Assembly: GCA_004298675.1 (NCBI GenBank)
Contig: SCRI01000080.1
Span: 6,961-70,960 of the forward strand
Reading direction: 5' to 3'
Source: a bacterium
GTDB lineage: Bacteria > Vulcanimicrobiota > Vulcanimicrobiia > Vulcanimicrobiales > SCRA01
Length of the DNA stretch: 64,000 nucleotides
Under the pieces are notes generated by a model, which searched no databases, had not been told where the DNA came from, and saw nothing but the letters and a program-made list of their open reading frames with translations. Position numbers and translations under genes: made by a program. This document shows positions 1 through 6,721 of the stretch, in pieces (position 1 is the stretch's first letter; each line of letters starts with the position of its first letter).

Positions 1-167
1 AACTCGCTCGGAGTCAGCGTCTTGCCGTCGATCAGGCGGTACGCGAGCGACGGAGCGGAGCTGCCGGGGGCGAGGGCCTCCGTTGCGGCGGAGCCCGCCG
101 CCCAAGAAGATGGCAGTGCGAAGGCCAGCGCGAGTGTAACGAAGCCAAGAAACCACGACTGTCTCAT
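1..167 (-). CDS. thioredoxin-fold (TlpA/redoxin-like) secreted protein, N-terminal fragment; the gene runs off the window start
   Basis: Reverse-strand ATG at 167-165 forms an ATGA overlap with the upstream gene's stop at 164-166. My translation is MRQSWFLGFVTLALAFALPSSWAAGSATEALAPGSSAPSLAYRLIDGKTLTPSE: a signal peptide, then the lead-in typical of TlpA/AhpC-TSA redoxins. The catalytic motif lies outside the window. Confidence 0.45.
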   Translation of the reverse strand, partial: MRQSWFLGFVTLALAFALPSSWAAGSAATEALAPGSSAPSLAYRLIDGKTLTPSE

Positions 168-733
168 GTAGGCGAATCCTTCGCAGCCCCAACGGCGCAG
201 GGCGTGGTGAGGTTGTAGGCAGCGAACCACACGGAGAGGAGAACCAAGATCACCGAGCCGGCGATGAACGCGTCCGCGTGGATGGCGAAGAAGGCCTGGA
301 ACTTGCCGCTCGTCCGGAAGATGGCGGGGGCCGAGACACCGATCGCCGCCAGCACGAGCGGAATGACCGGCGTGCAGCACAGACTACTCGGCAGCAGGCT
401 CGCAAAAAGGCCGCCCAGCCCGAGCAATCCGGATCTTCGCGGAGCGCCGGCGTTGCCGGGGCGAGCGTTGATGTTCAGCGTCAGGGTGAGGGCAAAGCCA
501 TAGCCGAGCAGGGCGGCAGACACGGCCAGCGGTGGAGTGAGGAAGTGCAATGCGCCTGGCCTGAGGGCGCCGAAGCTGCCCGCGGGAAGCGCGATCAGGT
601 AGAAGCCAGTCAGTAGGGTTCCCAAGCCCAGCGCGGTGGCGTACGATCGCGCGGCGCCGGGGCCGGTGAAGACCAGCGTGAAGGCAGAAGCAAACCGGCG
701 GGTGTTCCCAGTGCCAACGCTCCTCACGATCAA
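164..733 (-). CDS. polytopic membrane protein with a vicinal-cysteine transmembrane motif (MerT-like CC motif)
   Basis: 189-aa ORF with several hydrophobic segments. SSLCCTPVIPLVLAAIGVS resembles, from memory, the ASACCLGPLVLIALGFS first-helix motif of MerT. TTGA overlap with the HAD gene upstream and ATGA overlap with the redoxin gene downstream. Confidence 0.6.
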   Translation of the reverse strand: MIVRSVGTGNTRRFASAFTLVFTGPGAARSYATALGLGTLLTGFYLIALPAGSFGALRPGALHFLTPPLAVSAALLGYGFALTLTLNINARPGNAGAPRRSGLLGLGGLFASLLPSSLCCTPVIPLVLAAIGVSAPAIFRTSGKFQAFFAIHADAFIAGSVILVLLSVWFAAYNLTTPCAVGAAKDSPT

Positions 734-1428
734 TCTGCACCCGGGGTAGCCACAGCAGCCAATCGCATGAGCGCGTGCGCCGCATCCAGCAGCGTCTCAC
801 CCACCACATCCGGCGCCTGCATGGTGGCTGGATACGGAACGCCGCGGCTCACGAAGGCCGTCGTCAAGCCAGCCCGTCCGGCGCCGTGAATATCCCACGC
901 GTGTGCCGCAACCAGCGCCATGCGCGAGGGCTCGACTTGCGCGCTTGCGGCGGCATGGAGATACACCTCGCGCCGTGGCTTCCAGTGGCGGATCTCCTCC
1001 ACGGAGGTAACCCGCTCCACCAGGCCCAGCAGGCCGGCGCGCTCGAGGAGCCCTCGCGTTGTCTGCGCGTTGCCGTTCGTGAGCGCGACGATCCGAGAGC
1101 CACCCTCGCGCAATACGCGAAAGGCCGCCATGGCATCGGCGTGCGGCGGGAGCTCGGCGAATCCCGCCAGCACGTGGTCGATGTGCCCCTGGCCGGCAGG
1201 GACGCCGTGCCCCACGAGGAGTTGCTCGAGACATCCGGCGGCGACGTCCCGGAAGGGTAGGTAAACCCCAGTGGCGTCGAGGGCGAATGCGTCGCGCAAC
1301 ACCTGTGCGAACCATACGTCGAGAACATCGCCGCGCAAGCCTACCGCTTCAAGCCGCCCTCGTAAGGGTTCGAGCGAGAAGACGGTCTCGATGATGTCGA
1401 AGGCGACGACGGCCGGGCGTGGTTTCAC
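730..1428 (-). CDS. haloacid dehalogenase type II (HAD-superfamily hydrolase)
   Basis: 232 aa. Carries VAFDIIETVFSL (nucleophile Asp motif), ALTNGN, HWKPRREVY and AHAWDIHGA, the pattern I associate with L-2-haloacid dehalogenases. Confidence 0.85.
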   Translation of the reverse strand: MKPRPAVVAFDIIETVFSLEPLRGRLEAVGLRGDVLDVWFAQVLRDAFALDATGVYLPFRDVAAGCLEQLLVGHGVPAGQGHIDHVLAGFAELPPHADAMAAFRVLREGGSRIVALTNGNAQTTRGLLERAGLLGLVERVTSVEEIRHWKPRREVYLHAAASAQVEPSRMALVAAHAWDIHGAGRAGLTTAFVSRGVPYPATMQAPDVVGETLLDAAHALMRLAAVATPGAD

Positions 1429-1440
1429 GGGCAGCTTCCC

Positions 1441-2349
1441 TTACTTCAGATGCACGCTAATGGCCGCCGGTGCCACGTTGGGCGTCGGCATATGGTCGTT
1501 GTTGGCCAGCATCACGAGAATCTTCGCCTGGCCACCACGCCACTGCGAGAGATCGACGGGGATCGTCGTGGTGCAGGGCATGCCCAGCATTCCGGGCATC
1601 GACGTCGTCAGCATCATCTGCATCTCATTCATCGACATGCCGGTGTCGTGCATTAACCCTTTGCCCATCTCCATGCCTGCCGGCGTCTTCATCATCGCGG
1701 CCAGCGGCGCCGCGGGCTTCTGGGTCGTCTCGCCGCTCTGTGTGGCGAAGATGTGAATGTGACCGTAGCCAGCGACGTCGGGCTTACCCTCCAAGTCGCA
1801 GGAGAGGTCGAAGTCGCTGACCGCGACCTTGACGTCGAAGGTCCTGCCGACCGTGGCCCCGTTCTTGGGCGAGATGATGGAGATATGCGGCGTACCGGTC
1901 AGCGGTGCCGGAAGCGCCGCCGGCTGTTGCGAGGGCTCGTAATCGAATGAGACCATCGCAGGGAGGCTGTCCATCACGTGCGCGTCGGTCGCCAACACGA
2001 CCGAGAGTGTATGTTTGCCCGGTTTCAGCCCCTGTCCGGAGATCGTGAAATGATCGGAGCAGTACATGTTCGTCATGTGCTCCATGTCCATGCCGTCGAG
2101 CATCGCATGGATGTGCCCCTGCGCGGGTGCGGTAGCAGTCTTGCCGCTGTTGGCACATTCGACCTTGAAGTTCTTCGTCTCGAGCGTCACGGGGATGGCT
2201 GCGTCGGTCACCGTGGCCCCCGCCGCCGGTGAGACGATCGACACCGACGGTGCCGGCATCATTGGCGCCGCCACGGCGAGCGCAGGCAGGGTGCCCAACG
2301 CAAGCAACGCGGCCGGAACGGCGCGCGCCCACGAATAAGAATGATTCAT
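1441..2349 (-). CDS. secreted two-domain protein with GHIH motifs and a Met-rich insert (putative Cu/metal-binding, DUF4399-like repeats)
   Basis: 302 aa with signal peptide MNHSYSWARAVPAALLALGTLPALAVAAP. Two homologous modules (SIVSPAAGATV...GHIHAMLDG and SIISPKNGATV...GYGHIHIF). The second carries MMKTPAGMEMGKGLMHDTGMSMNEMQMMLTTSMPGMLGMP. Confidence 0.75.
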   Translation of the reverse strand: MNHSYSWARAVPAALLALGTLPALAVAAPMMPAPSVSIVSPAAGATVTDAAIPVTLETKNFKVECANSGKTATAPAQGHIHAMLDGMDMEHMTNMYCSDHFTISGQGLKPGKHTLSVVLATDAHVMDSLPAMVSFDYEPSQQPAALPAPLTGTPHISIISPKNGATVGRTFDVKVAVSDFDLSCDLEGKPDVAGYGHIHIFATQSGETTQKPAAPLAAMMKTPAGMEMGKGLMHDTGMSMNEMQMMLTTSMPGMLGMPCTTTIPVDLSQWRGGQAKILVMLANNDHMPTPNVAPAAISVHLK

Positions 2350-2414
2350 GCAGTAATTACCTCCGGGCCCGAGCGTACGCGATCCGCCGCGGGCGCGCGG
2401 TAAGGCGGCTTACA

Positions 2415-2846
2415 TTACCGTTGCTGGGCGGATGGTGCAGCCGTGCCGATGGTTGGGCTATCGTCGACCGTGGCGGCGAAGAGCGGCGCAAAGTGGCCGC
2501 GTAGCGGCCAGGCTACGATGAACCAGAGGATGAGCGTGAGCAGCGGCATCGGAACGAGCGTCTGCGGCCACATCGTGATGTGGAAGGCCAGGATGTTGGC
2601 GAGCACGGCCGCCAGCGCCACGATCGCCAGCGGGACCCAACGATTCACCAACAACAGAACCCCGCACGCGACTTGCACGCCGAAGACGAAGTAGGAGAAG
2701 TGCGAGCTTGCCATCGCGCCGGCGAACGCCGCGGCGGTGGGCGGGATGAAGGTAGGGTTGGGCATGAACGGCACGAAGCCGTTCATGCCCAACACCCCGA
2801 AGAGGAACCCGAGCACGATGCGTGCGGCGGGCACCACGATTCGCAT
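2415..2846 (-). CDS. small integral membrane protein (DoxX-like, 4 predicted TM helices)
   Basis: 143-aa hydrophobic ORF (MRIVVPAARIVLGFLFGVLGMNGFVPFMPNP...). It ends 2 nt after the stop of the next gene in the same orientation. The family call is tentative. Confidence 0.6.
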   Translation of the reverse strand: MRIVVPAARIVLGFLFGVLGMNGFVPFMPNPTFIPPTAAAFAGAMASSHFSYFVFGVQVACGVLLLVNRWVPLAIVALAAVLANILAFHITMWPQTLVPMPLLTLILWFIVAWPLRGHFAPLFAATVDDSPTIGTAAPSAQQR

Positions 2847-2847
2847 G

Positions 2848-3177
2848 TCAGCGAGTTGTAGCGGGCGCCGGCGCGCTCATGGGTCCATGCCGTTTCATCG
2901 AGGCTTCTTTGAAGCCTTCGGACGTGGCGGCGGAGCGGCACTCGTATTTGCCGTGTCTGGTCTTGCCGTAGTACTTGGTGCCCGGCAGATGGTAGACGCG
3001 GCTCGACGTATTGACCCACACCACGGGGTCGCTGGCCGCGCACGTGGGCATCGTCGCGCTCGATGTTTGACCCATGGATCCGGCGGGCGGGCTGGCGCCC
3101 GCTCGATGGCTCTTCGCGAGAGCCGGGGTGAGGCTTAAGACGACGAGTAGGAGAGCTGCTAAGATTGAGCGGTACAT
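2848..3177 (-). CDS. small secreted protein of unknown function
   Basis: 109 aa with signal peptide MYRSILAALLLVVLSLTPALA. Contains a conserved-looking VWVNTSSRVYHLPGTKYYGKTRHGKYECRSAATSEGFK module seen in many small bacterial secreted proteins (from memory). Confidence 0.6.
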   Translation of the reverse strand: MYRSILAALLLVVLSLTPALAKSHRAGASPPAGSMGQTSSATMPTCAASDPVVWVNTSSRVYHLPGTKYYGKTRHGKYECRSAATSEGFKEASMKRHGPMSAPAPATTR

Positions 3178-3303
3178 GGATCACCTCTCGTTTCGCGTTC
3201 GTGGGGCGGCGCCGAGGGGCGCCGCTCTCCCCATCATTCCCCCCGCGCAGCCGCGGCAACCCGACGTAAGCTCCCTCACAGCAAAGGCGCCGGGCGGCTA
3301 CCT

Positions 3304-4311
3304 ATGCTCGGGATCGTGGAGCTGATTCTCTATACCGCGGAGGGTTGCCCGTTCTCGCCGCTTGCGCTCGAGCGGCTGCGGATCTTCGCCCAGGGCACGC
3401 CAGGGGTCGACGTGGAAGTGCGCGACGTAGCGCAGGCGGCCAGGTATGGTCACCGCGTCGCCGCGACGCCGACGATCATCTTTCCCAACGGCTGGCGCGT
3501 TGTTGGAACACCGGATTACGGAAGGCTACGGTCCATCCTGGCCGCCCTTTCCGGACAAGGACGGAGCATGCCGAACAAAGTCTGGTACCTCGAACAGAGC
3601 CGCTTGTTCAGAGGGGTGCCGCTGGACGAGGTCGAGCGTATGGCGGACCTCTTCCACGAATACGACTACGATCCCAAACGGCTGATCTTCGGCGAGGGTG
3701 ATCTCGGCGACGCCATCTATCTGCTCAAAGTCGGTCACGTCCGCCTCTATCGCCTCACGGAGGACGGCAAGGAGATATCCTTGGCGTTGCTCGGGCCCGG
3801 CGACGTGTTCGGTGAGCTCGCGCTCTTCGAAGAGACGCGGCGCTCGACGTTTGCCGAGACGCTCGACCGCGCCCATGTCTGCGCCGCCTCCATCGAAGAC
3901 TTCACGCAGCTCATGGCGCACCGGCCGCAACTCACGATGATGGTGGCGCGCGAGATCGCCCGCCGCCGCACCGAGGCCGAGACGCGCATCGCCGGCATGA
4001 CCTACGCCAGCGTCCGTGGGCGCTTGGCGGCCGCGCTCCAACACTTGCTCGGAGAGCACGGCGAGGATCTTCCCGGCGGCGGCAAACGCATCACGCTGCG
4101 ACTCTCCCATCAAGAGCTTGCCAACCTCGCCGGAACCTCGCGTGAAACCTGCACGGTGGAGCTGGGGCGGATGCAGCGCGCGGGCTTGCTGGAATTCGAC
4201 CGGGAGCACTGCATCGTCGTGCCGTGCCCCGAGCGCCTCCATCCTGGGACGCTGGAACGCATGCTGCACGCCATCGTCGGCAGTAATCCGCACCAGCCGC
4301 TTGCGCGCTGA
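3304..4311 (+). CDS. thioredoxin/glutaredoxin-fold domain (CPFS) fused to a Crp/Fnr-family transcriptional regulator
   Basis: 335 aa. Residues 1-85, ELILYTAEGCPFSPLA...ATPTIIFPNGWRVVGTP, form a Trx fold with a monothiol CPFS. The rest has a cNMP-binding-like barrel (LFRGVPLDEV...GDAIYLLKVGHVRLYRL) and a C-terminal HTH (LSHQELANLAGTSRETCTVELGRM). An internal ATG at 3568 is preceded by AAGGA. Confidence 0.8.
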   Translation: MLGIVELILYTAEGCPFSPLALERLRIFAQGTPGVDVEVRDVAQAARYGHRVAATPTIIFPNGWRVVGTPDYGRLRSILAALSGQGRSMPNKVWYLEQSRLFRGVPLDEVERMADLFHEYDYDPKRLIFGEGDLGDAIYLLKVGHVRLYRLTEDGKEISLALLGPGDVFGELALFEETRRSTFAETLDRAHVCAASIEDFTQLMAHRPQLTMMVAREIARRRTEAETRIAGMTYASVRGRLAAALQHLLGEHGEDLPGGGKRITLRLSHQELANLAGTSRETCTVELGRMQRAGLLEFDREHCIVVPCPERLHPGTLERMLHAIVGSNPHQPLAR

Positions 4312-4317
4312 GCGTGG

Positions 4318-4329
4318 ATGATATATCAT
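4318..4329. promoter_or_regulatory. perfect 12-bp AT-rich palindrome ATGATATATCAT between the Crp-family gene and the disulfide reductase gene
   Basis: Read directly: 4318-4329 is self-complementary. It lies in the 24-nt gap between the stop at 4311 and the ATG at 4336, in an otherwise GC-rich window. Function (operator or -10 region) is inferred only. Confidence 0.35.
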
Positions 4330-4335
4330 GAAGTT

Positions 4336-5772
4336 ATGAAGTATCAGGAATACGACGTGGCCGTCGTGGGAGCCGGCATGGGCGGCGTGGCCGCGGCCAC
4401 CACGGCCGCCGAGCGCGGCGCGCGGGTGGCGCTGATCGAGCGTGGAGCCATCGGCGGCACCTGAATGAACGTGGGGTGCATCCCCACCAAGGCCCTGGTC
4501 AGGGTCGCCGAGTTGATTCACCTGGCACGCCGTCCGCGCAACGCCGAGCTTGGGTTCACCGTCGCGGGCGTCGACGTCGATTTTCCGCGCGTGATCGCAC
4601 GTAAGGACGAAGTAGTCGCAGACGTCGTCGGCCGCCTCACGCGTTCGCTGGAGAGTACCGAGCAGCTCGAGCTGGTGCGGGGCCAGGCGCGTTTCGTCGA
4701 CCGCCGGACCCTTGCGATCGACGGCGAGTGCCGCCTCACCGCGGGGGCCGTGATCCTCGCCTCGGGCTCGCGGCCGGCGCGGCCCACCATCCCCGGTGCC
4801 GAGGAAACGGGCTACCTCACCAATGCCTCGATCATGGCGTTGGCGCACCTTCCGCGCCGGCTCGTCGTCGTCGGCGCGGGGCCGGTGGGTATGGAGTTCG
4901 CGCAGATGTTCGCGCGCTTCGGCAGCCAGGTGACGGTGCTGTTCCGCAGCGAGTGCGTTCTGCCGCACGGGGATCCCGACATCGGCAAAGCGCTGACCGA
5001 ATATCTCGCCCGCGAGGGCTTGGAGATGGTGCCGCACGCGCGAGTGCTGCGCATGGAGCGTACGGGCGCGCACGACGGCGCTGCGCCGCGTGCCGTCATC
5101 GCCGACGTAAACGGCGAGGAGCGGCGCTTCGCGGCGGACGAAGTACTGCTCGCCATCGGACGGGAGCCCAACGCGCAGGCACTGGATCTCGCACGCGCCG
5201 GCATTACCACCACAGCTGAAGGTTGGATCGAGGCCGACCCCACGCTGCGCACGAGTGTCGAGGGAATCTTCGCCGTTGGCGATGCCATCGGGCATGCGAG
5301 CGGAAGTGAACTCTACACGCACGTCGCGGTGGCCGAAGGCGGTATCGCGGCGCGCAACGCGACCGGAGCGGCCGGCGAGCGCTTCGACCCTACCGTCATC
5401 CCCGGCGCGGTCTTCACCGAGCCCGAGGTGGCCCATATCGGATATACCGAGGCGCAGGCACGTGTGGCGGGGCTCACGCCGGTCGTTGCCACGTATCCCT
5501 TCGCTAAGATCGGCCGCGCGCGCGCCATGGGCGAACGCGAGGGGCTGATCAAAGTGCTCACGGATGCGGACAGCGGACGCGTCCTGGGTGCGCATCTCTT
5601 CGGGCCCAACGCGGGCGAGCTCGTCCACGTGGTGGCGACGGCGATGGCGACGGAGAGCCGCTCGCCACAGCCCATCCTCGATGCCATCTTCATTCACCCG
5701 ACGCTGGCCGAGGGCGTGCAGTCGGCATTCGAAGAGCTGCTGAGCGCCATGCCCGCGCGCATGGCGCACTAG
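4336..5772 (+). CDS. class I flavoprotein (pyridine-nucleotide) disulfide oxidoreductase, Lpd/GR-like, with an in-frame TGA (candidate selenocysteine) at codon 43
   Basis: My translation from ATG 4336 is MKYQEYDVAVVGAGMGGVAAATTAAERGARVALIERGAIGGT-TGA-MNVGCIPTKALV..., in frame with ORF 4465..5772. The FAD GxGxxG motif lies upstream of the TGA. The TGA occupies the first Cys of the GGTC-x-NVGC-x-P-[ST]-K signature. The C-terminal HPTLAEG dyad is present. Confidence 0.7.
4471..4487 (+). promoter_or_regulatory. hairpin GTGGGG-TGCAT-CCCCAC 6 nt downstream of the in-frame TGA (candidate bacterial SECIS core)
   Basis: Six perfect base pairs (4471-4476 with 4482-4487) and a 5-nt loop containing G. 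It is built from GTG-GGG-TGC-ATC-CCC-ACC codons. Whether SelB would bind it cannot be judged by eye. Confidence 0.4.
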
Positions 5773-5779
5773 CGCGGCG

Positions 5780-6646
5780 CTATTCGTCGGCGACGATGGC
5801 GGCGCGCTGACCGCCTTGGTCTTCGTTGACGAGCGCGGTGCTGCAAATCAGCAGCGCCTGTCCGGCGCCCCACTGCTTGACCATGGCGCGATCCGCGAAG
5901 GCGATACGGTAGACCGAGCCGTCCGCGGTGTCGACCGTTGAGCCGTCGGGGGCCACGGCGTAGATCGCGCCCGGCGTGCAGGTGGTGCCGCCGCTCTCCG
6001 GCGGCGCAGCGGCACTCCGCAGCGCACGCGTCCGCATGGCCGCTGGCGGCGCGACCGTTGGCGGTGCGGCCGTGGGCGCGCGCACGGCAGGTACCGCCAC
6101 GGACGGTGCCGGCGCGGCGGCGCTCACGCCCTCAGAGGCCCGGCGCATCCAGGTCACGTTGCTCTGCAGCAGCAGCGGTTTGCCGTGCATGATCCCGTAC
6201 GTCCACGTGCGCGTGCCGCTAGGGCAGCAGAGGCGATCGTCGGCACGGTAGGCGGACGTCGCGATGCTGAGCCGGCCGCCGTCGATGCGCAGGCTGCGCA
6301 CGCCGCCGCTCAGCGTGATGTTGCTCATGAAGGCCGGCTGATCGCCCGCGACGCGAAAGACACCCACGTTCATCGCACCGGCGCGGCCGCCCGCACTCAG
6401 CGGCACCGCGACGACCATGGTGCGCTCCGGGCCGACGAAACCGGCGGCTGCGCGGTCGGCATCGACGCTCAATCCATCCTGCCGTTGCGGCAGGCGGTCT
6501 AGCGCGAGCGCAACCGGTAAGCCCGCCGCCGCCGTGTCGCGGTGCGCGCTGGGCGATGGCGCGGCGTGCTCTGAGGCGCTGCGCGGCGCGGCACAGCCTG
6601 CGGTGGTGAGCGCCAGCGTCAAGAGCAGGACCTCCCAGCCTCTCAT
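5780..6646 (-). CDS. lipoprotein of unknown function
   Basis: 288 aa. Signal peptide with a lipobox-like LTTAGC (MRGWEVLLLTLALTTAGCAAP), an Ala/Pro-rich linker and Cys-containing globular parts (DRLCCPSG). Confidence 0.65.
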   Translation of the reverse strand: MRGWEVLLLTLALTTAGCAAPRSASEHAAPSPSAHRDTAAAGLPVALALDRLPQRQDGLSVDADRAAAGFVGPERTMVVAVPLSAGGRAGAMNVGVFRVAGDQPAFMSNITLSGGVRSLRIDGGRLSIATSAYRADDRLCCPSGTRTWTYGIMHGKPLLLQSNVTWMRRASEGVSAAAPAPSVAVPAVRAPTAAPPTVAPPAAMRTRALRSAAAPPESGGTTCTPGAIYAVAPDGSTVDTADGSVYRIAFADRAMVKQWGAGQALLICSTALVNEDQGGQRAAIVADE

Positions 6647-6721
6647 GCACGAGACTTCGGGGCGGCGTGGCCGTTACTAAGCATGGGTTCGGTCGAGGCT
6701 CCGGCCTGGGCATAATGACCC

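Noticed and set aside
3206-3225. Perfect 8-bp GC hairpin GCGGCGCC-GAGG-GGCGCCGC that looks like a terminator
   Set aside because: It lies in the divergent promoter region between a minus-strand gene start (3177) and a plus-strand gene start (3304), so it terminates nothing. There is no U-tract. It may be a chance GC palindrome or a 5'UTR element, and I have no support for a function.
4462-4464. Alternative genetic code (TGA read as Trp or Gly) as the explanation for the in-frame TGA
   Set aside because: TGA is used as the terminator of many clearly complete genes in this window, including numerous ATGA/GTGA coupled junctions, so global reassignment is not tenable.
3526-5769. 747-aa ORF on the minus strand, the longest ORF in this part of the track
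   Set aside because: It is antisense to two well-supported plus-strand genes (the Crp-family regulator and the disulfide reductase). Its translation is Arg/His/Gly/Asp-rich with no motif or hydrophobic core. Long stop-free antisense frames are expected at this GC content.
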